DNA of 64,000 nucleotides from Octopus vulgaris (lineage: Eukaryota): positions 36,704,001 to 36,768,000 of the forward strand of contig OX597828.1 of the NCBI GenBank assembly GCA_951406725.2. The letters are read 5' to 3'. Shown in pieces: positions 12,725 to 25,967 of this stretch. Each line of letters starts with the position of its first letter. Within the stretch, counting starts at the first letter, position 1. The translations under genes were made by a program, and so were the position numbers. The notes beneath the pieces are model-generated. The model was not told the origin of the DNA and ran no database searches. It saw only the letters and a program-made list of their open reading frames with translations.

Positions 12725-13521
12725 GTACTACTGCTGCTGCTTCTGCTGCTGCCACCACCACTGCCACAAACGCCGTCACCCCATAACATCCCCATCAACA
12801 ACAATAATAAAACAGGAACGTCGTTTACAACATTCCTAAATATAGCCAAACAATTATTCCTTTAGGTGCGGTCAAAGTAAATCCTTGGTGTGACGTCTAA
12901 GCCGCACGCTGATTGGCTAAAATATTTCGATGGACAAAGCGGGATAAATACTAAGCAAGTTGGTGCATTCACCAAAGTATGTCTTCTAAGCAAGTGCTAC
13001 TCAAAGTGGCGGTCCGAGGACCTGACCACGAGCCATCACCAGCCAGTAAGCGGCGAGTTTCCAGAAAAGAGACAAACATTATAGAATGCTTATAAAATGC
13101 CGTATTATTTGTTTACAAAATAAATATAAGTAAAAAAGCAAATTGTCAACTATTATTATAGTCATTATATATATTGTTACCGGTATAAATTAATATTACT
13201 AAGAAGCGTTTCCGGTTCGTGGCACATTGGGTGGGAAAAATGCCGGTACGTCACATCAGAGAGTTTGAAAGCACTGATCGAAGATACTTACTGATTGGTC
13301 GAAATACAGTTAGCACTTAGTTGGTGTGACATTGAAGTCACATACCGATTAGTCAAAATACAGTTCGTAAGTGTGAGCCTGGTGAAAGGCCCATTGGAGT
13401 GGGTATTTAAGGGAGAAATTTAATTATTTCACCACAGTTATTAATTGTGCACCACCACCACCACCACCACCACCACCACCACCACCACCACCACCACCAC
13501 CACCACCACCACTACTACTAT

Positions 13522-13587
<66 letters not shown>

Positions 13588-13872
13588 AACTACTACATAA
13601 ACCTGATAGCGTAACGCATGAAAGTTTTAGTTTTATTACAATAAATATATAATATTCTATTTCATATTGTAAAAATTGTAGATAATTTGACAAGATTGGA
13701 ATTTTAATGATAAATATAATCTTCTATACAGTCATACAAACCCGGATATGTATGTATGTGTGAGTATGCGTGTATGAATGTGAATATGTGTGCACATTTA
13801 TAAACGTATATATTTACAGTAAGCCTTCAATCATTTATAGACCATTTTCATTTTTGTGTCTTCTTTCAGGCG

Positions 13873-16800
13873 ATGGCATTCAACCCCAAAGAATATCTTT
13901 CCAAAAACTGGATCCACTTGCTGGTCTGAGTTGAAATGTTTTTTTCATTTTCTTTCTCCTTTGACTTTTTCTCCTCTTCCTATCTTTCATTTTATCCTCT
14001 CTCTTTCTTTCTGTTCACAGTTGGCTCGCTGGATGGCTTGTTATTTTTCCCGTATTCAAGACAAACCGGGAAGAGCCACTGCAATGTCACTCAGGCAAAC
14101 GGCTCTCATATCATAGCCACAAAAAGGAGTGAAGAACACATTGCATACTATAGTCCGTAGTCAAGAAAATGTAGTTTCAGGTTCAGTCCCATTGTGTAAC
14201 AAAAAATGTTATGAATGGCTGTGAATGGAATCAGGACAGTGTATCTCCATGAATCAAATAAAGGGTTAGGTTAGAAATTCCAATACAAGTAAGTTCAACA
14301 CAAGACAACTGAAGAAGGCTGGAACATACAACAGCCAAAACGTAGTGAAAGCAACAACCAAGATGATGACACCTGATCGACTAATATAGAAACTATACTT
14401 ATTCGTAATATAATGTTTTTTCGCCTATTCATATACTATAAAAGGCAGATTTTCTCTGTCTGTGACTATGTTTGTTTTTAATACAATTGTACAATATAGA
14501 ATTTCTTTAATTGGAATTTAGCTATGATTTTTCGAAGTAGATTCGATTGGGTCATGGCATATAGATTTTTTTCAATTTGGCCCCCAATCAAGCAAAACTT
14601 CGATAAAACTCAATATTTTACGATTTGCCTCTCTCATTTCAACTGCTTTACTCTTTCTCTTACCACACTTTCTGCTACTTTCTCTTTGCAAGTATATACC
14701 ACTCTAATATCCTCTTTCTACCACTCTTATTGAACATCACACATTCTGCTACTTTCTCTTATTAACGCTTAAACCACTCCTCAAAAAAAAAAACACAGAG
14801 AGGAAACAGAGAAAAAAATAAATACTTAACGATTTTCTCCTCACACACACATAGACACGCAAACATATACATCTACTTTCTCTTTGCAAACCACTGCTAA
14901 AAAAAGACAGAGAGGAAACAGAAAAAAATAAATACATAATTATTTACTCCTCACACACACACATAGACACGCAAACATATACATATATGACAGTGACAAA
15001 CACAAACGTTTCAAACAACTACATACAAACACTCAAACACACACACACACACACGTGTGTTTGTTATTAGTAGAAAAGGCGCCAAACACAATTCACTTTC
15101 TCATTCGAACACATTTGAAAACACACACCAAGAATTCACTGACATATGGTGAGTATATACTATTGTTCTATATCTTATAAATTACCCACATTTACTTACC
15201 CATGCTTCATTCCCCTCTTGCCTACAAAGGGCATCCATTCTCTTTTAACACAAAATGAAGTTTTGTAACAGCACATCCGCGAACGTTCACCAGCGAACGT
15301 TTTACACCGCCTTCCACGACTATCAAATTCTTACAATTATGAGAACAATAACATGGCTCTTTTCAAAGCAACCTCGAATTCAATTCTTACACCATTCTAC
15401 GAGGGGGTAGGAACCCCTTTACACGGCTTTATATACACATACAAATACATTCATTCGCCGTAAACTTATATCAATATTTGCCTGAATAATCATCATAATT
15501 CAGTGCAATCATTAACAGTACTTTCAAGCAATTCAGCCCCGAGCAACGCCGGGAAATTCTGTTAGTTAAAATTCAACTGTAATTCATTAACAGTCAGTGA
15601 CCCATTTTTTGGGATAGATTTAACATTGAATGTTAATGATATGAAGAATTTTACAATTCTGCTGTTATATACTTGATATTTATAATATACTTCAGGTATA
15701 CCATTAAAATATAATGAGAAATATAATCAGGGTCTTTAGGAGTTAAGAAAATGTAAAGAATTATAATATTTATAGTTGATGGTTTAACTTTAATGGGTTT
15801 AGAAGTAAGAGCGTGTAATCAGCTGACGATTATTATGATAGATAAACCTGGCGTTTCGTCGGTTATGACGACGAGAGTTGAAGTCGATCCGATCATCAGA
15901 ACAGCATGTTCGTGAAATTAACGTGCAACTGGCTGAGTACTCCGCAAACACGTGTATCCTTAACATAGCTTTTGTTCGTCTTCACATTCTGAGTTGAAAT
16001 TCCACCGAGGTCGATGTTGTTTCTCATCCTTTCGGGGTCGGAAAATAAGTACCAGACGAGTACTGAGGTCGATGTAATCGACTTGCCCGCTCTTGTTAAA
16101 TTGCTAGCCTTGGGCCTAAATTTGAAATTCATCATTTGTGGACATTGAGGGTGGCAAGCAGGTAGAATCGTTATTGTATCGAGGGAAATGCTAAGCGATA
16201 TGTCTTTCGGCTATTAACGTTCTGAGTTCGAACATTACTGAAGCCAACTTTGCCTTTCATCCCTTTTGAGGCCGTTAAAATAAAGCAATCAAGCCGTTAA
16301 TTAGTGGAGTTAATTTTATCGACTCACTCTCTCTCCATGTGCCAAAATTGTTAGCAATTATATGTCAATGCTGACCATCACAAGTGAAAATTATTGATAA
16401 GTTGAAAATAGGTAAGTATAATGAAAATCTCGTTTCTTTTTAAAAATCCCTAAAAGAAATTTGTTTTCAACAGATATTGGCATTTGTGGTCGTAATTTTT
16501 GGTATGGGAATTGCGCAGCTGAGAGAGTCACGGTAAGCCTTTTATTCAATGGTTTTACTACTTTAACGTGGAGGCGCAATGGCCCATTGGTTTGGGCAGC
16601 GGACTCGCGGTCGTAGGATCGCGGTTTCGATTCCAAGACCGGGCGTTGTGTGTGTTTATTGAGCAAAAGCACGATGCTCCGGCAGGGGGTGGCGAACCCT
16701 GCTGTACTCTTTCACCACTACTTTCTCTCCCTCTTTTTTCCTATTTGTGGTGTACCTGTAATTCAAAGATCAAAGAGCCAACCTTGTCTTACTCAATGTC

Positions 16801-19800
16801 ATACTGAATCTCTCCGAGAACTACGTTAAGGGTACACGTGTTTGTGGAGTACTCGGCCACTTGCACCGGCAGTTCCGTTGATCGGATCAATTGGAACCCT
16901 CGTCGTCGTAACCAACGGAATGCCAGGTACACACACACACCATAACAAAGCACCATTCCTTGGTGGGAAATTGGTGAAACTATAAAAACTTCGGATTAAA
17001 TATTTTATAGTATTTGTTCCAGTTCTTTGAATTGTGAGACTAAAATCTTTTCACTGTCTGTTTGGATGGTAAACTGTATCTGTTACCCGGTTCGACACGA
17101 CGACCACCACCGCCTGTCTTTTGGGTGCCTTGAGTGGCGTTTACTCAGTTGAAAGCATTTAGATTAGGTTTTCGGTTTGAGGAAAGGTTCGTGATTCGTT
17201 CACACCAGTCTTACGGGCTCTGACTAAAGTATAAAATAAACAGTTATGGCAGTGAAATCCCTTGTGACTTTCTTCAAACAGACGGATGGGTACGGTGTAG
17301 AAAATCTCAAATCGTCAATCATATCGACCTTATTGCTTGTTTCAGTGTAGTCCATCATTTGTTCTATCGATCTTTAATTACGAATTAGTTAAGTTGTTAC
17401 TCTTTCAGGCAAAAGGAATGCGAGTCCATTCACTATTTATTGACACCTGCATACACAAATACAAAGATATATACACGTCTTTACACAACTGTGACATGCT
17501 TCCACACAGGTTCCATCTAAATTCCATTCTCAATATATTGATCGAAGTTACAGTAGAATATACGTGCTTAAGGCACCGAGTAGTGGAATTAGAGTCGGAA
17601 CCGCATGGAAATGAGACGAACTTCTAAAACATACGGCTATGCCTTCGGTTACAATACACTTTTTGTTATATTTTTTGTAAATAATACGAAGTCGTCGTCG
17701 TGGCTGATGACAGTACAGCCTGATTGGCACCCATGACGGTGGCTCGTTGAAAGCACCAGTCGAGCGTGGTCGATGCCAGTGCCGGCTGACTGGTGACGTG
17801 CCGGTGGCACGTATAAAGCGCCCACTACACTCTCGGAGTGGTTGGCGTTAGGAAGAGCATCCAGCTGTAGAAACCTTGCCAGATCGGATTGGAGCCTGGT
17901 GCAGCCTTCTGGCTTGGCATCCCTCGGTCAAACCGTCCAACCCATGCCAGCATGGAAAGCGGACATTAAATGACAACGACGACGACGATGATGATGGCGA
18001 CGACGAGGTTTGATGTTTCAAAGGGCGGGTTGTATATGGTTATTATAAATCTCATTGGTTGACTGATGGCTTATTTTATCGACATAATATGAGTAAAAGA
18101 TGAAATGTGGAAGTCTGCAAGTAACAATATACTGCAGGGTGATTTTAAAGCTCTAAAGGAACATAACTGAATACTGCAAGGCAAGTTTATCCATAAAGGG
18201 ACATAATTTTCAGAAGTGCCAACGAACGAAACTCATAGCTCTTGAGTCACCCTGTAACGTCTGCCGGTATAGCGATTTTAAATTACCACCCATTCAGATT
18301 ACACTCCTGGGTAACTTGAAATCGCTTTTAGATTACCCCCGGGGGTAATTCAAAATCGATTTCAATTTAATCCCTACGATTTCAGATTATCCCCACCACA
18401 AATACCTCCCCAAATGTTCTTCACCGTGACAGCAAACAGGAGAATCATTAGTATATTCCTCCCTCCCCATCTTGCTGCCGCTCCTCCTTCTCCAACTCTG
18501 CATCCTGCTCCTCCTGCTGCTGCTTTTCCTCCTCCCTCTCCTCCCCCCTTCATTCTTATCTCCTCCTCCTCATCCCCTCCCTCCTCCTCCCTTCTCCTCT
18601 TCCACTTCCTCCTCCCTTCCTCCTCATTTTTCTTGTGTAACAAATATAATTACTAAAATGTATAATTAATAATACAAATATGTACCAAGGGAGATAATGA
18701 GTGAACCCATTAAAAGTATGTCTTGATGTTTAGAATGTGTGTGTATATGCGCGATGTACCTTTGTAAATGGAAGAGAACGTAATGTGAATCAAGGAGAAA
18801 GTCAGAGCTTTCATTTAGTTGGCGTTTTCACTTGGTTACTTAAAGCTGTAAGAAGCATTTCCAGAATGGCTACTTTTAGTGCACAAGACAAAGCTGACAA
18901 TGTGGATTTGATATTTGATTATGTTGTTAACAAGAAACATGGGCCTCATGTGTCCAAAAACGAAAAGTCAAATCTACGTAGTCTCTCTAAGCATTATGTT
19001 TCACGGAATGGTCAACTCTACTATTGACACAGAGCAGAGAGAGTAAGAAATTCTGAAAATGAATTCCGAGGAGTCTTGGTCATTCGCAGTCCGGGTGAAC
19101 AGAAGAGTATTAGTTCAAGTATTCACATGGGCTGTGGAGGTAGTGATACTGTCCGTTGCTTGAGAAGTCATCGAGAGAACAAGGGCTAAATTTTTAGAGA
19201 GGTTTCATTGGGAAAATGTGGGCAAAGACACGAAAGAGTTCGGTTTGTCTTGTGATTGGTGTCAAAAAGGGAACCCTGTTCACAAAATTAATGTTTGAGA
19301 GATTCATCTTGTTCCTCTGCCAAACGAATTGATGGCCGAAATTGGTGTCGATATTAGCAATTTGCCGAAAACAGAAGCTGATTATAGTTGCATTGTTGTA
19401 GCAATGGGTTACTTTTCCAAATTGTCTGAGGTTCGACCTTTGAAAGATCACACAGCAGCAAGTGTAATAAAGTTTCTCTTTGAGATACAGCGTGATTGTA
19501 TAAAAAATGAGATAAATGACCAACTACATAAACTGACAGGAACACAGCAACACATGACAAATGCTTATCACCCTCAGGCAAATAGCCTCGTTGACCGACA
19601 GAATTGCACTACAAAAGATGCCTTTATCAAATCCCTTGAGGACCGTGACAACTGGGTTGAATGCTTGCCAGCAGTTCTGTTCGCGTATCGAATAGCCAAA
19701 CATTCTTCAACACATTTTACCCCGTTTCAAATTTTATACAACAGACAAGCTACACTTCAGTTGAACTGCAGCGCAACCAAACTGCCAAAGATCGGGACAG

Positions 19801-21356
19801 TTTTGGAAATGATCGATCTCTATCCGGAAAAATTGATGTTATGACAGCTATTCGAGGCGGTATCATTTCTCGAGATGCCTCCAATATTAGAAAAGCTCAG
19901 TCCGTTCAAAAAGAACAATACGATAGAAAACACGATCAACAACAGTTCAGTAATGGAAATAAAGTTCTGCTCAGAACTTCAGATTACCATGAGGCTCCTT
20001 GAAATGAGGTTGGAGTGGTCGGTAAATCGAAATCTTTACACCGGTTCTTAACAAAACGCTTGCATACTTGTTTTAAGTTCTACGTTCTTCTTGGCAGCAC
20101 TAAATCTAAAGGGACATAACTATATATTACAAACCAATTTAGTTTATAAAGGGACATAACTATATATTACAAACCAAATCTATTTCATCGTTCCTTCGTA
20201 TCTGACAATCCGTAACTTTATAAATTTTGCAAACAATGGCTTTAGACAAGCTACAAGGTGAAACTTATTGGGAGCACAGGTGTATTCAATCAAGTCGATT
20301 CCAAAATGTTTTCAATGTCCCGTGAACAATGAAAAACAAGAGGACGTTGATACGATTTAAACTTCGACTATAAAGGGACATAACCAAATAGTGTAAGTTA
20401 TTTCGTCCGATACTGCACTTCTTACTGCTTGCTTTTTGCTCTTGCGTCGAATGAAAGTAAAACCCTGGTACGATGACCCAGTGGGAGGCGGAGGACATGT
20501 CCGTACCAGCGCATGCGGTGGATAGCTATTAAGTGGAAGGCTGCTGGCTGATGCGTTCGCGCAAGCAGTTCTTTGTTAGGAACGGTATAAAGGAATGCTA
20601 TCATCTGAAGTTCTCGATGATTCTCAGAGCTCTGCTATCGAAAACATCGATCCTTTTTTTCAGGGTCTTCAAGACGGTCCACGTTTCTGCTGCATAAAGG
20701 AGAATGTAGAAAGCCAATGCATTGTAGATGCGGAGATTCGTCTTTCGGAGAGATAGATAGGTGGCGCCAAAGGGTCTGCCAGAAGGAGTACACGACTTCG
20801 GCGGCCAGACGACATCTGCAGTTGACCTCCAGAGACAGTTCTCCATTGTTGGGGAAAGTGAAGCCAAGGTGGATGAAGGAACTGCCAGTATGGAGAGGGA
20901 GGGTCTTATCCATCTCCGACATGCATCAGCTTGGCTTTCGTCAAACGCACTTGCAGGCTAAGCGTTGCTGATTCTTCTCTGTATATTGTCAGTGCATCCC
21001 TGATCTGGTCGATCAAGGTGATATTGTCCGCATCATTCCAAAGCTATATTTTAAAAAAATGTAACTACAGAATCGTTAGTAACTTTTTAGTAGAGTTAAT
21101 AACCAGATAAGTGATTCAAGGCCAGGAGGGGCCAAGCAAATTATTGTCTACATCGCATTTTTACCTTTTTTTTTATAGAACGTTTACGGATACTTCTACA
21201 CCGGAAGATATTGCAAGGAAAAGGTTTCCAGGATATTTCCGAACTGAAGAAGAACAAAAGGAATTGGAGAATATATATATGAAACTTGCAGTAGTAACCG
21301 TATGTTGCAAACCGTAAGTGTATATTATATTTGTATGTGCTTGATCACGCACGCAG

Positions 21357-21437
<81 letters not shown>

Positions 21438-24400
21438 CTCTCTCTCTCACATGCATACATACAGGTACACAAACACCGACGCATGCACGTGCACAAATAG
21501 ATGAACATAAACAGATACTGATGTAATTTAAAAACAGGAAATAACAGACATGCATAGATCAATGCAAACTGTGTGAAACTGAAACTGAAAATAGGACAAC
21601 GTAAGCACTTGAGCTTATGTTATGCAGCCATCAATACACGAGGCGTGTTGTAGTGGTCAGAACATTATACAATGTAATTCGTAGAAAGAATATTCCTGCA
21701 AATGCTTTCAAACACTTACATATAAATATACATAAATACATTGGTGAGGATGAATGTCAGCGTAAATGATAGGATCCAACCGAGAAGCGATGTCGCGTTG
21801 AGAATTCAGCAAACAACGACCAAGGATTAAATGTCTGGATCTAGAATGATCCATATGATTCAGAAATATAAATAATATTTCTTGTGTTTTAGAACACGGC
21901 GTTTTAGAAAAAAAGATATCGAATATAGAACTGGACGTTATAAATGACAGTTATTTATTGTATAGACCTCAAGTAATAGATATGGACTAATGAAACACGG
22001 CAACAAATTATACGGGTGTGTCGTTGAGCCAGGAGTAGAAATCCTTTAGCTAAACACGATTTATAAACGACCATGATACGTATTTTATATGAGTTAGTGA
22101 GAGAAGGAAGGAGTCTCGTTCGGCCTTTCAAGAGTGTCGTTGGTTCTTTCCAGACTATCAAAACAGTAGTAAGTCATGAAGGATGCTGTCCTCTCAGCCT
22201 TGACGAGGCGTGAATTTACGTGACAGCGTAGATTTATTTAACAGATCGTATGGTGTTTGCTGAACACAGCAACGGATTGAGTCTACCAGTTAATAACAGA
22301 GATTATAAATATTAGGATTATTAAAAGATTATATATGTGCTTTGCTGGATTCAATGAGACGTTCATCTTTACATAATCTAGCATCAACAGTCCGGTGTTT
22401 CTAGAAATATAGTTATTGTTTGTTGTTTGTTGTGTTAGCTCGAGGAAAAGCTTAATCGAGTAGGCCCCTGCCGAAAGGTTTCCCAGCTGGAACAAATTTA
22501 GCCCTTTCTCCTTTCGATCTTGTATATTTCGGATAATTTATTCAAGATGTACTTCTTTTAAAATCCTAGGCTAATGAATGAGAAGCTATTTCCAAAACAC
22601 GAAACAGATACGGGGATACATTTTAGAAAGCCACTGATAAACATAAAAGGTATAAGGACCTGTTGGGAGTCGTCAGTGTTGAAAAGTGTAGGGAATATTT
22701 TCTTTTAGGAATTCATAGATTTGCAAATTATAATATTTCAGACTTACGGCTTATACATTTTATTTTTCATAGAGCTTCTAGAGAACTTCGAAGAGGTGGA
22801 CTGAAATTAAAGTGTGGCTAAATATTTCGCCAGTAGGTGATAGATACTTTGCTTTTGCCGTTGAAGATCCCTCATCGTCTCGAAGGAATATATTCAAAGA
22901 AATGACATTGTAAAATAATCCTTGACCTGTAATTCGTGGGGAGAGGGCTAGTTAATTACATCGACTCCAGTGTTTCACTGGTACTTAATTTATCGACCCC
23001 GAAGAGATCAAAGTCAGAGTCGGCCTCAGCAGAATTTGAACTCAGAACACAGCGACGGACTAAGCATTTAGCTAAGCATTTCGTGCAGCGTGCGAACGAT
23101 TCTGCTTACTCTCTAATCTTAAATAAAGAGATGCCATATATTAGGTTGGCAACTAATCTTCCGCCGTCTTTTAAAATTTAAATTTTTAAAAAGTTTTGAT
23201 AAAAAGTAACAAATAATTAATCAATAATGTATTCACTCTTGTTGTTTACAACTTCTTCCCAACGTTCAACATGGTTTTCAATACCTCGTTGGTAGAAATG
23301 ACCCAATTGATCCAACCAAGCTTTCAATTCTGCATTAGTATTGAACGAAACTCCGCGCATAGCATTTAAAAGAGATGAAAAGAGGTGCAAATCCGTTGGT
23401 GCCAAATAAGTAGAGTACGGCAGGTGTGGTAGCACATTCCAGCCACGTGTTTGAACGGCTTCCTTGGTCATATTGGCGATATGAGGGCGGGCGCTGTCGT
23501 GCAGCAGAAGAACTCCATGCTGCCGATTAGGTATTTTCTCTTGAATAGCCGTGTTGAGTCATTCCATCTGTTGAACATAGAGTTCCGCGTTGACCGTTTG
23601 GTTCCGTTCAAGCAATTCGTAATGGATAATCCCTTCCCAGTCCCACCATTCGCACAATATCGTTTTACGCGGATGAAGATCTTGTTTCCCTCACGGTGTC
23701 GCTTGTTTACTGGGGCTAAGCCATTTCTTACGTTGCTTCATATTGATGTACAGGCACCATTTTCCGTCACCAGTAACGATTCGGTAAAGAAATCGTTGCC
23801 TGTGTTCATGAGTTGAGCGGTGACGAGCAAGAAAACCAGCAGAGATTGTGGCTCGTTGATTTTTGTTGTTGCCACTTAACGCATGCGGAACCCACGCCCC
23901 ATACTTCTGAATCTTCCTCATCGAGTGAAGATGCTTCTCTATAGCAGTGTGGGAGCATTCCATTTTCCCTGCCAGTTCCCTTGTCGTTTGACGAGAATTT
24001 TCGAGCAAAATGTGGTTTAATTGCTCATCATCGAACTCAACTGGACGGTCAGATCGAGGTGCGTCTTTGAGGGCAAAATCTTCCATTTTTGAACTAGGCA
24101 TACCAATGACAAGTGGTTCTTTCAGCTATGGCACCCTCTCTATACACAGCATAAATGTCGCGAGCAGCTTTTGCGGCCTTAGAACCTTGATTAAAAGCAA
24201 AAAGAAGGAGGTGTCGAAAATGCTCGTTTTTCTTAATTTGACATTCCATTTTAATGATCTGAAAATAAACAAAAATTAATTGAAATTAACTAGAAAAAAA
24301 AAAGCAAAAAAGAAAATAGATTCCAAAATGATTCAAAAATAGAATTCTCGAAAAAAAAAGCTTCTAAAATTTAAAAACCCAATAAATTCCAAAATTCAAA

Positions 24401-25330
24401 AAACGGTGGCAACTTAGTTGCCAATCCAATAACTAGGAGTATGGTTTTGGCTACACGTTATTCCAGTATTCAAACTTAAACATGATTTTGATGCTAAACA
24501 TTTCAGTGCCGTACTAAACAACTCAAATGCCTAGCCTTCTTCTCTACTTTACGATCGGTAATGTGAACATCATGTCTCTTTGTTCATTGGTAATTTGATT
24601 GGAGGAAAGCTTGAGCTACTGTGAGAATTGGTTTGGCTCCAAATTGCAATATAGCATGTTTGGAGAGGAATTATTAAATTTTGAACAAACTTTTATGTAA
24701 GAGCGTCTTATTGTATTTTCAAGAGATGTTTCTTGGACAACTCCGATTCAAATGGAAGACGTCACAGGAAGTATGCGAGACATTGCACAATTCGAAGATC
24801 TGAAACAATTTTACTATACAAGTGAGTGCCAGTGAGTATTTTTCTTGAATTCTGTTACTTTTTTTTATTTTTAGGGGGAATCGTGAATATTTCACGGAAT
24901 TAATGGTAAACCCAATGGGCTATTTCTGAAAACTTTATTCCTCTGTTGTGTCTGTATGGAAAGAAAGTTGCTCATCTGCTACTCATTGAAAAGTGAAAGA
25001 AATTGGGATGCAATGAGTACTTGATGCATTTTATGCAGAATACGCGCTCTCTCAAAGGTGTCGACTCCCTCCTTAACACTACATCCACGATTTCTTATTT
25101 TTATTTACATATACGCATGCACCCACTGCCACTACATGTATATAAACGTGAATTGAATTTTTTACAGACAAATAACTGGTTGTGAGATGTGCACGTGCGA
25201 GACTGAGAAACATCTCATTTCCATGGTCTGCGAAAACATCAGCGAGGGAGGTGAAGTTCAGTATTTTGTCGGAAGGTTTCCTGTTGAGCAATGCTGCGTA
25301 TGTGTACCTAACAACACAAGTAATACATAA
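13873..25330 (+). CDS. Spliced gene, copy 1: secreted neurotrophin/Spaetzle-like cystine-knot precursor, 171 aa. Coding exons 13873-13923, 16474-16532, 21179-21313, 24724-24831, 25168-25330
   Basis: All introns are GT-AG with pyrimidine-rich acceptors, and phases 0,2,2,2 join into one 516-nt ORF: MAFNPKEYLSKNWIHLLILAFVVVIFGMGIAQLRESRTFTDTSTPEDIARKRFPGYFRTEEEQKELENIYMKLAVVTVCCKPDVSWTTPIQMEDVTGSMRDIAQFEDLKQFYYTSECQQITGCEMCTCETEKHLISMVCENISEGGEVQYFVGRFPVEQCCVCVPNNTSNT*. It has a hydrophobic signal, an RKR site and an NGF-like motif order. The first coding exon is less certain (weak CTG|gtctga donor). Confidence 0.88.
14306..14347 (+). ncRNA. Decayed hammerhead motif in a Penelope-type terminal remnant (copy at 44069-44110)
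   Basis: CAA-CTGAAGA-A-GGCTG-...-CAGCC-AAAA-CG-TA-GTG. GAAA has become AAAA, so it is likely inactive. Confidence 0.5.
14429..15565 (+). mobile_element. Non-autonomous Helitron-like element in intron 1 (copy ~44192-45328)
   Basis: 5' end TC-ATATACTATAAAAGGC; 3' GC hairpin CCCGAGCAACGCCGGG followed ~9 nt later by TTAG-T (CTAG-like end). Confidence 0.55.
16570..16925 (+). mobile_element. tRNA-headed SINE (copy ~46333-46688)
   Basis: tRNA-like head GGAGGCGCAATGGCCCATTGG...GGTTTCGATTCC. Its tail matches the inverted fragment at ~15850-15960. Confidence 0.75.
17725..17997 (+). mobile_element. SINE 3' part with a (GAT/GAC)n tail; relatives at 27592-27910 (-), 34190-34492 (+), ~47488-47760 and ~57386-57704
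   Basis: Shared GGCGTTAGGAAGGGCATCCAGCTGTAGAAAC...GCATGGAAAGCGGAC motif. Confidence 0.7.
18867..20002 (+). pseudogene. Ginger/GIN1-type (Gypsy-related) integrase relic in intron 2 (copy 48628-49763)
   Basis: N-terminal K...LR...G-x-LYY block, H...H...CxxC zinc-finger remnants, IGVD, AYHPQANSLVDR and LFAYR...STHFTPF motifs. It carries stops and frameshifts, and no RT or RNase H is seen. Confidence 0.75.
20420..21035 (-). pseudogene. RTE-clade LINE reverse-transcriptase C-terminal fragment (copy ~50209-50824)
   Basis: Motifs FIHLG, ILLYAAETWT, KRIDVFDSRALRII and RMRWYGHVLR; frameshifted. Confidence 0.8.
23141..24429 (-). mobile_element. Full-length defective mariner transposon in intron 3
   Basis: TIRs TTAGGTTGGCAACTAA / TTAGTTGCCAATCCAA with TA TSDs, 1289 bp. 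Transposase motifs WVPHAL, IVTGD and YSTYLAPTD are split by stops and frameshifts. Confidence 0.92.
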
Positions 25331-25694
25331 TGTTTTACCTCGTCTTTTCATACCTCTTCCCACTCCATCCTCTTTAAACTAAATTACTGTCTTTTTCCCT
25401 CATCCTTCACACTTTCACCTTCTGTCACACAGTAACTTTGCTTTTCTCTTTCTTACTTTTCCTTCCTTTCCTTTAAATTTTCTTTTTATCGGGATATATT
25501 TTTATCATTTTTTTTACTCATTCTAATCTCAATTGCATTTCTTAATCTTTAATTTAAATTTTGGCTTCTTTTATATTCTAGTTTTATTACTTGTTATTTC
25601 TTAACCTTGACATAGTCTGTATCATCCTGTTAATTTTTCAGTCGTATCTACACCATAACTTTTACTTAATGTTTTTCGAATCAAATATATACAT

Positions 25695-25740
<46 letters not shown>

Positions 25741-25967
25741 TTCTTTCCGCCATGGTCAATCGGACATGTCTCTCACTGTAAACCACTGCTTTATCAAAAG
25801 TTGCCCAATCTGCGTTAAATGCTTATTCGTTGAAACTGCTATCCATAGACGCTTATAGATATTCACAATTAATTGAAATTTTCTTCATTCGCCTGTCTTG
25901 TCAGAACTGCTTGATGAACAGTCATGTGTAACTGCGAGTAACAGTTTGTGAAATTTTGTTTGGCCTT

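Noticed and set aside
16570-16645. tRNA-like sequence
   Set aside because: It is the head of a SINE, continues into SINE body, and lacks a proper cloverleaf.
21111-21317. 68-aa single-exon ORF in the track
   Set aside because: Only 21179-21313 is real, as exon 3 of the spliced gene; the rest is intron.
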